Shown here piece by piece: positions 13,036 through 25,198 of a stretch of 64,000 bases of DNA. The position numbers and the translations under genes are program-made. Every line of letters begins with the position of its first letter. Position 1 is the first letter of the stretch. The stretch comes from Psammoneis japonica (Eukaryota). Below the pieces are notes generated by a model that worked only from the letters and a program-made list of their open reading frames with translations, had not been told where the DNA came from and did not search any database. The stretch is from assembly GCA_008632985.1 (NCBI GenBank), contig QPGO01000017.1, forward strand, positions 124,001-188,000, read 5' to 3'.

Positions 13036-13846
13036 GGTGATTTCAAGGAAAAATTGCTTTTCGCTTTAGCTTCTCTTTGTTTTCGTGCTCGCTCGCGCGC
13101 GAGAGGTGCCTCCTGTCCTTCGACCGTTTGAATAACAACCGTATGTAATTACAATTAATACATACTTATATATAGTAATATTGAAATAATTAGTTTTGCA
13201 GATAGTTATGGTCTTTCAGACGAGTCATTTGTCCTTTCTACACAAATTTCAACGTGATAATTGAGTAAACTATCATATAAGAGTGTCTAATATTAAAATC
13301 ATTTATTTCTGTAGGATCACGTAAAGATGTACTGCTACACCCGCGAAGACCATCCAGTGAGAGAGGGGAAAGCTTCACAGAAACTAAACGGGAAGTGAGA
13401 GAGACGCCAATGGGCGGTGTATAGCGGCATGGACAACCGCCCAACCATCAACCACAGTTAACGGGGTAGATCATTAAAGAAGGATATAATATCGGGGAAA
13501 TAAGTGGTACGTTGATGGAAGCGCAGAGAAGTCAGGTCTCCGCGATTGAAAGCGCAAAAGTGAGAGAGGTGCAATAACGTTGCTGCGTTGAGTTCCATGT
13601 GGTGTGCTTGCGTTTGTCTGTAGGACTTGTGTGAGAAGAAGTACTGTAAGCTCTTTGTTTGATTGTATGGGTGACCCCGTATGGATCACTCAAGCTGCGT
13701 TTTGTTTCATAAGGGACTGCGTAAGTCTTGGGTGTGATCGGTCGTGGAGGAGGTGAGCGTTGGGTATAATTTTCGTATGGAATTCCCATTCACTCCTTTT
13801 CTCTTCCTGTCGTGCATAGACACAAGGCTCTTTGATAAGGAAAACA

Positions 13847-16800
13847 ATGAGTTCGCTTCGTTTAGCATTGAAACAGTCGCTGGCGGAGAGTGGGCAACAA
13901 CAAGCTCCGAGGAAGAGAGACACTGAAAGACGAAAGAAGGATGGACGGCGACGAAGAAAGGGAGAGCAGCCAAGAAAGAGGGGACCCGGGAGACCGAGAA
14001 AGGATGGGACCTCGACATACTACTCACCTGATGATGAGGAGTCGAACGGGAGCTCGAGTAGCGAGAATGAGTTCTCAGGATCCAGTGACAATGATACAAA
14101 ACCAGCTTCTGTGGACAGAGCTGCTGCGAGGGTAAAGCATGACAGCGAGTCGGGAGACCACAGTAGCGATGGTGACGATTCTGTGCGAAGGAGAAAGAAG
14201 ATCAAAAAGAAGCGCGCCATAAAGAAACATAGAGATACGGCAGCTAATAGGATACAGAGTCAATGGAAGAAGAAAAAGGGGAGCAAAGAAGAGAAATCTA
14301 CCCATGCGAAGCAGGTCATGTCAGAAGAACATGCTGTTGCTCGGAAGCCAAAGAGCTCTGAAAAATTGCAGCAGGAGTCGACGGCTACTACGGGATCGGG
14401 AAAAGCCAAAACTGTACCACCTCCTGCTCATGAGATCATATCTCATATAGCCGGTCTTTCTGTGGAGTCTCAGCGAAAGCATCTTGCAGCTGGTTTGAGA
14501 GTCAAGGTGAGTCGGTTATTTTGTCTAAGTCCGCCAGAAGTAATGTAATTCTTATGACCAAAGCTCACCTGTCGAATCATTTCGTGTTTTCAGGTGAGAT
14601 TCGAGATGAAGAAAAAGAAAGACGGAAAGCTGATACGGAGGCGAAAGTGGTACGGAGGGCTCGTAACTGGGGCTTCCAAAGGAGGTAGTAAGATTAGAAT
14701 CAAGTATGATGATGGGACGACAGAAGTATCAAAGTACCCCGACGAGGATGTTGTTGTGGATGCAGTGGGGAATGGCCGGCATCGCGTGCCTGATGATTTC
14801 TTTCTGCCTCCAGTCATGTCTGAAGAGAGTGACGACGATAACATGGAAGACGAGCCTGAATCTCCCGCACCCCGATATGCAGTGTCCGCGGACAACAAAG
14901 GATCCCGCGATGAGAGAGATAGCCCGAAGCCGCGGCGAAAGATGACGCCATCCTCGAAAAGTCCGTCCGGGACCGCAGAATATCAAAGACAAAGGACACG
15001 GAGGATTGAAAGAACCTGCCGATCCAGACACGCCGCTTGCTCCTCCGGAGCCTCCCATTGACGATTATTCGAAATCTCCGTCGCCAGTGTTCCGTGGTGT
15101 GCAACTCTCACATTCACACGACAGTAGCGAGACCTCCGGTTCCAAAAACGTCAGGAAACGCGAAGATGATTCTGTCGAAAGTGCTGAACATGATGACGTG
15201 GCCGAGATGGCTGTTGATGAGAGTGTCGATATACCGGAACCTGCGTCAACGCTAAAGAAATCGAAGGCAGCCCTCAGACAGTGCATGATGAAGTCGAACG
15301 GTACTCTTTGTCGAGTTCGGCTACAAAGGTGAGGAAACAATCGCCAGCGAGAAACGTTATGTCAAAGAAGCCATCGTTGACAATAAGGTTGAAGCCTCCA
15401 AGGTCGCTTCGGGAAGATAGTAAAGAACCAGGCGCCGTGATTGAGGAGGAAACCAAAGTGCCAGATCACGACGACAGTAGCTCCGACGAAGATATGTCTG
15501 TGATGGGATGGAGAACATTGCATCAGGTACCGTCGACGCACTTATGGCTGGAAGTAGTATCACTACCAGCACAGACTTAACTGCAAAAGCTGAAGATGGA
15601 AGTGCAGTGACAAGAATCTCGGATCCGAAGGTTCACCACAACGTTGGTGAAGTTTCCACGGGTGATACAACGAAAGATCAATCGTTGGCTGGGAGCAAAC
15701 GTCCTGTACCTAGCGGCACAGATGATGATCAACCGCCGAAAAAGAAACACAGCAGCGATCCTAACGACGAAGAGCAACGTGGTTCTGTGCATACTGATGC
15801 CGGTACATCTGAGTTCTCTGTTGTGGGTGCGAAAGGAGATGCGGCGGCTATTGAAAGGATGCCTAGCACGGATTCTGCGGTTGTCATTGAGAGCGAATCG
15901 GTGATAAAAGGAAAGACAGAGAAAGTCGCTTCGGATAAACTTGAAGTTCCGACCAGCATTGAAAAGCAATCCGTCGCAGGTGAGCCCTAGAGCCAAAACG
16001 GCCCTTATTAACTGCCGTTGTCGGAAAGAAATCCGAGAAGCCCGAGAATAAGAAATCTGGATCTCCTCTTTATACGGAAGGCCTTGATGACAATGTAAAA
16101 GGATCTCCTAAGGGCGTTGAATCACCGAAAGCTCTCTCGTTGGACCCGAAGCAATCAAGCAGCGTGAAGAACCTTTCTAACCTTTATCTTCTGTGGCATC
16201 CCCTCCTGTCTCCAAGTTGGGCTCTACCGAGGGTGACATTGCAGCTAAGAGAGATCCAGTACTTAAGGGGTCAAAGAACAGCGCTTTTGAAAAGAAGACT
16301 TCTGCAGTGCCTGGCGAGGATGCAGAGTTGAAGACAATGCCTACGGTTACATCCAGATCAGACGAGGACTTGGGAAGCAGGGCTATGACGCCTACTAATG
16401 TTACATCAGAAAGCAAGGGGTCTACGGTAGGTGTTGCCCGATCCGGTCGCCGAGCTGCCCAGCAGGCCAACCAACGTATCGCATCAAGACAAGAGCTAGT
16501 GATCCAGGACCCATTTGCAAAAGCCAGAAGAAGAGGGGTAAAATGGACACAAAAGTGCAAGAAAACACTGGCAAACGTAAAAACCGTCGGGGAGAACGGG
16601 ACGAAGATGAGGATGACGGTCGCCATTGGGTGAGATGCGACAACTGCCAGAAATGGCGATTGCTTCCTCGCACTGTTGAAACAGAGAAGCTCCCGAAGCA
16701 TTGGTACTGCGAAATGAACGTGTATGATTCTGCTCACAACAGTTGTGATGCCCCTGAACAGAAGTTTGAGGAGGAAACGAAGAAAAAGAAAAGAAAGAGG

Positions 16801-18156
16801 GGTCGTCCTCGTACCCAAACCCCGACCGAAAGACAAGAAAGTAAGGAAGACATCCGGATGCGCTCAATGCAGGAGCCTGCATCGATGGAACCGAGTGCAG
16901 GGAAGGGCAAACAACGAACTCCCTCGAGAAGCCCGTCACTTGAAAGTCGCGAAAAATTGATAGACGAAGAATCGCCACAGAAGGGAAGGAAATCATATCC
17001 GACAGCTACGGAAAGAGCGTCGCCCTCAAATAATGACATGGACAGTGGGGGCAAGGCTGATTCGTCCGCGCGAAAGCAGCAGTATGCTTCGTCTGCGAAG
17101 AAATCGAAGTCGTTTGAAGCCGACGAAGAGCTAAACAATTCAGAAAACGAAGAAATCGCTGCTGAAGTATCGGTGCCAAAGAAACGAGGGCGGAAAAAGA
17201 AAGTGAAAGCAAAGGTTGGTAAGGCTGCATCGAAAGACGAAGATGATGCCGATAACCAAGAATGGGTTCAGTGCGAAAATGTGAGAATGGAGAAGGCTTC
17301 CTCCGAACATATCATCTGAGGACCTTCCTGAAGTGTGGTATTGCAATATGAACACCTGGGACAAGGCTTCAGCGAGTTGCGATATCGAGGAAGAGAAAGG
17401 CGATCCAAATGTTCGGGAGTACAACATATTGGGACAGGTCAATCCTCCTATGGTACGAGCGGGAAATTGTCATACCGTAACCTCATTTTCGCCAAAACAG
17501 GCAAGAGACACAACCGCTTGGTATCGGAAAGGACCAGAGCAGCAGAGTCTCTCTTCGCCACCATCCCGGATGAAGATTCCGAAGACATCGTTAACCACAC
17601 TGTTAAGTATGCCCACTCAAGTGCGTTTGTGCCTCGAAAGTCGAACGCTACTACCCTTGACGATACACGAAGGGTGTCTCTTTTCGATTTCATGCACCAC
17701 TCTAATCTATGGGCTGAACTTCGTTTGGGAAGCAATGGGAATCCGCACAGCCACATTGAATCACCAGAGGGGTCGTTCGATGGGCTGTCAGCAGAAACGA
17801 AGCGGTCGTTGAAAGAATTCGTGTTTCACGCTTTGGGCACTGGATCTCTTGCTGGACACGAGGTACTTCTTGAAGCACAATGTCGACAGTGGGAAACGAG
17901 CCAAGCAAAGTGGGAAGGACTACGCGCTTGTTGCACTTTGGACGTTGTGACTGGGATACTTCAAGAGTTGGTACAAGATGGATTGGTTGAAGTCGTTCCA
18001 GAAAACGCATTGCAAGTTTCTGCTGTCGATAAGTCTCCAAGGTACCGGCGTATTTCCGCTGCAACTTTGCTAAGTTCCTCACCACCGTCACTTTCAAAGG
18101 AACGCGCAAGCTCTCGATGCATGAAGATTTCGAAGCCGTGGAAGAATCGCCAGTAA
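13847..18156 (+). CDS. Large low-complexity nuclear protein with a Tudor-like domain and two CW-type zinc fingers (chromatin reader); several apparent frameshifts
   Basis: Intron 14507-14593. Tudor-like WYGGLV...IRIKYDDGTTE. CW1 HWVRCDNCQKWRLLP...WYCEMNVYDSAHNSCDAPE at ~16625. CW2 EWVQCE(K)CE(K)WRRLPP...WYCNMNTWDKASASCDIEE at ~17260 needs two single-A insertions in A-runs. AT-hook-like RGPGRPRK and KRGRPR. Consecutive ORFs overlap in shifting frames. Confidence 0.8.
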
Positions 18157-18296
18157 CGTCTGTTCCACATGATTCATTCCAGGGCTGGCCGGGAGGGAAA
18201 TAAGTTGGGGCTAGTAATGCGTACCATATGTTACTAAATGTAAGGGAAACATTTCAGATCAGATAAATCATCACAACTACGGTCACAGTACTAATA

Positions 18297-20578
18297 TTAG
18301 AACCAAGTAGAGTGCCGATCGATCAAACCCGGAATTCGCCTTTTCGCCTTTTTCTCCGATCCGAAGCCTTTACGCTCCTTCTTCAGCAAACGAATTAGTT
18401 TTTCAACAATCTGGTCAAACGTCGGTCGCTCGTCCATGTCAATACTGTTGGTAGTAGAAAGACAGGCACGTTAGTGAGGGAAACTTTGCGGTTTGTAAGA
18501 CAGGAAAGGCTGCATCTGAACGTACCTCCAACAAGACGTGATGAGTTCCGTCAGCTCGACTGGCCACTTCTTGTTCAACGGAGGCCTTTCACCACCATTG
18601 ACAACACGTTTGTAAAATTCCTCGCGGTCCATCCCTTCAAAAGGCTTCTTCCCCGCATTCAACTCCCACAGAATGATCCCTGAAGCAGAACATGAAAAAC
18701 ATCTAATAATTTAGCAAAGATTTCACGACACCTTGGGTGCACATCAACCATCGTGGGCCTGTCTTGTTGTTCTCACCAAAAGAGTAAACGTCGACCTTAT
18801 GGTTATATTCTTCCGATTTTGCCACTTCTGGAGCCATGTATCGAAGCGAGCCTGTTTCGCCACTCATGTCATAGACTTGATCCGAAGCAGGGTTAGCATC
18901 CTCCACGATTCGAGCCAAACCGAAATCGATAATTTTGACCTGGCCGTTCAGCGTAAATCCTGTCGATAATTTGGAACAAGACACGCAAGTGAGAAAGATT
19001 GCGGGTAAGGGATGATTCCACAAAAGAGCGAGCCGCACTTACCTATATTGTCGGCTTTGAGATCTCGATGCAGCACCATGGACCCAGGTATTGCGCGCTC
19101 ATGGAGATAAGCAAGGGCATCCGCAATCGACTTGGCACAGTGTAACACGTCCCCATACGAGAACTGTTTCTTTCGCCAAAAGCGTCGTCTCCGATCCCTA
19201 ATTCTATTATCATACCCCAGCATTTGGGACATTGTTCCTCCATCTAACCGCTCTAGCACGATAAATCGAACTCCCTTTGTAGTAGTTCCTGCACCAACCA
19301 GACTGCAAATGTTTGAATGATCTAGTCTCGAATGAAGCGCTGCAGGAAGAATGAAAACACGTTTTAGATGAGCAGAGTAACGCAACGATGAATTTGTAAG
19401 CGAAGAATTGTAGGCGCACCAAGTTCGCTTTCGATTTCATTGATTGCCAGGACCACATCTTGACATTCTGGTTTAAGCGTTTTGACAACAACGGGCTTGC
19501 CATTGAGGACCGCAGTGTGAATCCAGCTATTTCCTCCGTCCGTAAGGTACTCAACATTTTTGAGTTGTCTCCATTGAAGATCAAGCTGAGCTCCGGTAAT
19601 GGATCGTTTTTCACTTATGCGTTTAATGACGGCGGGTGAATGTCGCGGCATGTGTTCAGATTGCGACAACTCCAAGGATTTCGGTTTCCGCACCACTGGG
19701 CGATCAATCAACCCCTCCTCGGCAAGCGGATTAACCGACGCGACAGCAGCAGCCAAGGACATGTGCACAAGAAACTCCACCGCCGTAAGTCTCATAACGT
19801 TTCGCCGAATAGAAAAATAGATAATGGTAATGTTTGTGTTGGATGCCTCGTGGCAAACTGGAACAGCCACGGCGGTGCGCACATCGCTAATGGATAGCCT
19901 CAGTGCTTCAGTTTCTGAGGGAGATTGCGCTGTCACCCACACAACATCCATGGCCTCCTTGGCCCGCTTACACAAGGCTGGTGATAGTAAATGTGTCCGT
20001 TCCGAAGATCGTTCTCCGTAATACACATCCACCAACTCATTTCTGACCGAGTCGTCAAGCGCCGTTGGTCGTAAGTGTGAATTCGTCAACTGATGTGTTT
20101 TCGGTCCTGTCCGGAGCCACATTTCTGCGATATCAAATCCCATGACCTCGCACGCTGCCCCCAAGCAAGCTTCAACGGAAGCCGATGACGGATGCAACAG
20201 TCGCTTGTGATAAATTGAATGCGTATGATTAATTGCACTGAGTGACTGCACGGGTGCTGGTTCTCCACTGCTACCTATGGCCGCACCCCTAGAGCCTGGC
20301 GGTGGTGACGGAGACGGTGTCGCCCTTCTTACACCTGCTTGATCGACCAAACCGGAAGTAGGCGAGGAGCCGTTCCTGTCTCGGAAAGCTTGAGTACTAC
20401 CATAGGATACGCCGTCGGTCGAACCAATAGTCCACGGTGTTGACGGCTGAGCCGCTTCGTCGATATCCAGATCCTCTCCTGCCGCCGAAACGGATGTTTC
20501 ATCGGCGGAGGACGTCATCGGAATTGTCCCGGCAGTTCTCGGGTTCTCCACATCCACGCGGGTTGGATGAGACATCAT
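18297..20578 (-). CDS. TKL-like Ser/Thr protein kinase with N-terminal GAF-like region; exons 20578-19420, 19339-19043, 18959-18777, 18679-18526, 18444-18297
   Basis: Four GT-AG introns restore one frame with VVVK, HRDLKADN, IIDFG, GETGSLRYMAPE, DVYSFGIILWEL, GERP and ERPTF. N-terminal MGFDIAEMWL...RTAVAVPV pattern resembles a GAF fold (inference). Confidence 0.9.
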
Positions 20579-21907
20579 TTCCGACAACACCGATCAGAAG
20601 TCAGAAGGTTTTTCTGACGCACAAAGAATTTCTTATCGATTGAACGTGGCTGCTCAACAGATTGTTCTCTTGAGACTGAGAAAGAAATTTACAGAAAACA
20701 AGGATGTAATGCTAGATGCAGCGAGACAGCAATCGCGATAGTTTAGAGTGCAGCGTTGGTCAGGGTTTCTTGTTTCTCGCTCTGCCTCAGCCTACCATAC
20801 AGTACCTAATCTAATGCTTCTTCGTCGTTTTGGAGTTTGCGGCACTCCATCCTCCGCCACCCTCCACTGCGCTGCGCTCGCGCTGCATGAACGGTACTTG
20901 GTAGGGCCCTACGTACCGTAGTGTCGTACCGGTACAGTAGAAATAATATGAGCCTTTGTAACATAGATAAACAGATATGAATAATATATTTAGCTGCTGC
21001 TGACCAACGCCAAATTTCTCCACACCCAACTAACACTGTGTAACCTGTACACTTTAACCGCGAAAAACAAAATGGTAGGTGCCGCTGCTGTTGACGATGT
21101 CGTTTGTCGAAATTAATGAGTACGAGGACAATTTTTTGATGCATTATTACTGTTTTATATCAATACTAACAATGTGTATAAAAACATTGCTCTCATATTG
21201 ATCAGGAGGCCGTTTGTAACAACCATTCTGTGGGTGCGCGAACAGCTTGTAAGACCGGCACGCCGCCGACGATCTCGAAGCGCTAAAGAAGGATTAAAGT
21301 GTATGAGGACAATGTTTGATGCAACTTTTTTCGTTCAATATCAAAACCAACTATACTTGTAAAAGCAGGGCTCTCATACTCATCATGAGACCGATCGTGA
21401 CGGCCCTACTGTTGGTGGAGAAGCCAGCGAGACCGATAGTCGATATTGCCGCCGACAATCTCGAAGCGCTCAAGAAGGATATCGAGACTCGTCTTGGAGT
21501 CTTTGTCACAGATATTCAAGATAATAATCGTCATGCCTTGGTCATGCAACATTCCAGCCAGGGAAGAGGTGGTTTCTACTCACTTTTGGTGAACAAGCAC
21601 GACAGGCACTCCTTGATGCTGGTAACTCGCCATCTACGACGTTGTTAACTATCGTCCGGTCTTGTAGGATCCTTCGTTTGGGAAATACGGTGCCGTATTC
21701 ATAAAAGAAAAGTGTGGATCTGTATCCATTTCATTGGCTTGAAAGCAACCGTCGTTAACAAGCGCCGCCTCACTCGTTATGTGCATTGGATCTGTTCTTT
21801 GTTTGTATAGAAAGTCGTCTATCATGTTGGTCTATCATGATATCGAATTTGTGGAGGCGGAATCACGTATTTACAGAGTATGACATGGAAAGTCAGTTTC
21901 ACGATGG

Positions 21908-23433
21908 AAGAGGCTCATCACTCGGCTCGTGACGGTCAACGCGAACTATTGTCTACAGCGGAGAAAGTATTGGAGAGCGAATGGATGATGGAGAAGAACT
22001 GAGCGGACGCGACTTCATTGGATCAATCAAGATGCTGGGATTTCGAACACCTGTTGCCGCAGCAAAAGCTTAAGGGCGCTTTCCACGCAGTGAAGCAAGT
22101 ACAGGCAATCGATCGTCTCGTTATAGTAGATCTGCTTTCAGCTGTAGTGATTCCTGTTTCTCCTTTTCTGTCTCAGTTGGATAAGGAAGGCGCAGTTCTG
22201 GGATTCAGACGCAGTGACTTTTCTTGTGGTCCCAATAAGTTTGATGCCCTCTTTTCCGATGACGAACCGGCGTCAAAAAAGTTTCACTAAGATGGCTCCC
22301 ATCCAAGAGTTACGTATAAGAAGAGCAGCCTCAAGATAACTCGGAATTCAAGGATGCATATGACCTTCTGAAAAAGGTTCGATGAAAGGTAGCATGGCCA
22401 TCGAGTCTTTGTTGGTCAAGATCATCAAGCATGAAGGGCTGACCCAGCCGATGGTATCATGAACGAGGTTTTAGTCCTGCATTCTCTGAAGCACGACCAC
22501 ATTGTGCAGTTGATAGTTGATTGACTTCTGCGAAGCACCCGACTAATTTTACATGGTGATGGAGTAAATGGAGGGCGGAGATGTCTTTGATAGAGTAGTG
22601 GAGTGTAAAAACTACACCGTGAAGGATTCCTGGGATCTCATCCTAACGCTATTGGAGACTATGGCATTCATCCACAGTCACGGTGTTGCACATCGGGATC
22701 TGAAACCCCAGGTTCAGACTAACAGCATGAAACACTTCTCTACTAGAGGTAATTAAGGTGCAGGAGTTGTCATTCGCTTACACCTACGTGAAAAATGGAT
22801 CTCTTCATCATACAACGCAGATTATTCTGTCGAAGGTGAGCAAAGTCAGCAGGATATGGTGTATAGATTCTGGGCTTGTGTCATGGTTATATTGAAATGA
22901 AGTGCACTTCTCAATCCCGTGTTTCATTTATATCTTTGCAATAGAGCAAAGATGAAGACGCGGATATCAAGTTGGCAGACTTTGGCTTCGCCGAGAGGGT
23001 ACGCATGTCTCAATCTTTGACCACTCGTTGCGGCACTTTTACCCATGTAACTCAAGAGATTTTAAAGAACGTTCCTCATGACGACCAAGCAGTCGACATG
23101 TGGTCAATAGGCGTTAGTACGTGTTTGTTGCTATCAGGCTACCCACCTTGTGCTTCGGATAATCAAGCGGAACTGTTTCGGAAGATTCGAAGCGGCACTT
23201 TTGAGTTTCATGACGCTGAATGGGGTGACGTCTCACCAGAAGCAAAGGAGCTCATGAAAGGTCTGCTGGTCGCGAAGCAGGCCTTGAGGAACAAGTGGTT
23301 TGACCGTGATGATGAGCTTCTCTCTAGCAACGAGTTGTCAGACAGCGTCCGTGAAATCAAGGAGATTCGTAATACGCTCAAGGGTCCGTCCGCAGCCATG
23401 CGCTGTCTGTCTGTCAAGAGTAGCGCCAAATAA
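21908..23433 (+). pseudogene. 5'-truncated CaMK-like kinase pseudogene (end of domain 1 plus domain 2)
   Basis: EGGDVFDRV, AHRDLKP, IKLADFGFA, TTRCGT, VDMWSIGV, LLSGYPP and VSPEAKEL, with in-frame stops and frameshifts. Confidence 0.85.
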
Positions 23434-24380
23434 GCTTTCTTGCAGCATCGATGTGTAGCTTGACGTCGGGAGAATCTATGACAGAAGGTTCTCTTGCAAC
23501 GGCAGCAAAATACCGGTACGAAATCTATCGGTTTATTAGAATGTTGTGTACTGGATGACCACTACGTTTCCCGTGGCTTCTAGAGTTTTCTGTTTGTAAG
23601 ACCTTTGGTAAGGCACTTCCACCAAACATTTCAACCAATGGCATGGAGTCAGTCTACGCTCGTTTTCTAAAGCTAGTACACGAGTATCTCCTTTCATGAG
23701 CTGTAACACCTACTCGAGAGAAAATGATCATACGCTGTCACGCTGTGCTACTAATTACCCCCCATAGTTCCTACTTATATTCCGGATGCTTGGACCCCTT
23801 GTCTACAACATACGACTAATGGTTCGCAGCATCAAACCGAAGCTCCGTTTCATCATCGTCAACAAGATGCTTTTTTGCACGGTCCTTCCCCTCCTTTTTG
23901 GCTGCAGCCTTGGCTTCTGATTCCGTAAGCTTGGCTTCCAACACCTCACGAGCCTTGCGTTCTGCTAAAGCCATGGCCAAGGCATTTTCCTCCGCCTCTT
24001 TTGCAGCGATCGCACTGGCTTCCCAAGCAGCTGCTTCGGCTTCCGCTTTCCTTCGATCATCATTCATGGACACCACGATCTCAACCGCGTTTTCCAAGGT
24101 TTTGGCAATGATTCTCTGTTCCTTGAGCACTTCGGCTTGATTCTTGACCTCTTTGGCATGTTTCTTGATTATGGCTGGAAGGTTGTCAACGAGGTTTCTG
24201 CGGCTGTCCGTGAGGTTCTCGTTGCTTTCCTCCTGAATAGGAAGGTCGCGCTTGGCATCGATGAGGTCGCGTTTCGTTTCTTCGTTCTTCGTCATAGAGC
24301 TTCTTTTGAGCTGCTTGGAGGACGCCTTGATGCTTGCGGGCACGCCCTTGAAATCTGCCGGCGTCGACACATCAGACTTT
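21908..24380. repeat. Tandem segmental duplication, copy A (~2.5 kb)
   Basis: Collinear with 25981-28442 from aagaggc(t/g)catcactcggctcgtgacggtcaacgcg to ccggcgt(c/t)gacacatcagactt; offset about 4.07 kb. Confidence 0.95.
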
Positions 24381-24724
24381 GACAGCCGCCACGCCCCCTT
24401 CTGCGAATCCCATTCATGACCGCTTGGCGCACGGCCCCTTGGACGATTGTAGGAACCCTTTCCATTCTTCACGGCAGGATTCTTTGGGTACTGCAGGTCG
24501 CTTTCATTCTCACTCACTTCAGAGGAGAAATCAACTTCCGAGACTTCTTCAGGAAACTCTTCCTTTTCCACGACCGAGCTGTTCGCATTTTGTGTCTTTG
24601 TGGAGACCAGGCCAAGAGGAACCCTCGAGTCATGTGCTCTGTGTTGCTTGGAAGCGTCGTGCTTTCCTTCGGCAGGTACATTTTCATCATTGACCATATC
24701 CAAAGGTTTGCGCTCCGCATCCAC
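23816..24724 (-). CDS. Hypothetical coiled-coil protein with RPRGRAP...W..G.W (AT-hook-like) motif; 5' end uncertain (possible upstream exon from ATG ~24856)
   Basis: Open 302-codon frame, E/K/A-rich C-terminus, paralogous to 27870-28440. The frame is preceded by a cacag acceptor-like site and an in-frame upstream segment with one TAA. Confidence 0.6.
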   Translation of the reverse strand: MDAERKPLDMVNDENVPAEGKHDASKQHRAHDSRVPLGLVSTKTQNANSSVVEKEEFPEEVSEVDFSSEVSENESDLQYPKNPAVKNGKGSYNRPRGRAPSGHEWDSQKGAWRLSKSDVSTPADFKGVPASIKASSKQLKRSSMTKNEETKRDLIDAKRDLPIQEESNENLTDSRRNLVDNLPAIIKKHAKEVKNQAEVLKEQRIIAKTLENAVEIVVSMNDDRRKAEAEAAAWEASAIAAKEAEENALAMALAERKAREVLEAKLTESEAKAAAKKEGKDRAKKHLVDDDETELRFDAANH

Positions 24725-25198
24725 CTGTGCAGCAGCATCAACAACAGGTTTTTAGTTCTCGGCTTTACTTGCGACCAATATAGAGTGAAGGTCTGCGATT
24801 TTCTGTTTCTCGTGTGCAGCCTTCAATAGTTCCATCTCCTCGTCTTTGGCATCCATCGCTCGTTGGTATTGGATCCTGCGTCAGCTTCCTACATTTTCAA
24901 TTTTTTGATTCATGCTCTGGCTCGCTCATTCACCGCTCGAGCTTCTCTGCTCACCCCTCGCACGTGTTTCCTTATTCAAAATTGATAAATATACATTTTC
25001 CAGTACGGTATGATGTGTACCGTATTCAAAATTCTACAGTACCGTTACTACCGTACCGTACCGTACATATCATACCGGTAGTAGGACAAACCCAAAAATA
25101 TTGTCTTTTTTCGCAGCCAAAAAGTCAGAGTGTCGGAGTTGCTGCAAAAAAAGACACTCTTTGCCTTTTCCGCATGCGTGCCTCCCGCGCAAGCAACC

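Noticed and set aside
21180..21648. Small 110-aa ORF with a diverged partial upstream duplicate
   Set aside because: The local duplication (gccgccgac(g/a)atctcgaagcgct) is real, but there is no recognisable domain or gene structure to support a CDS call.
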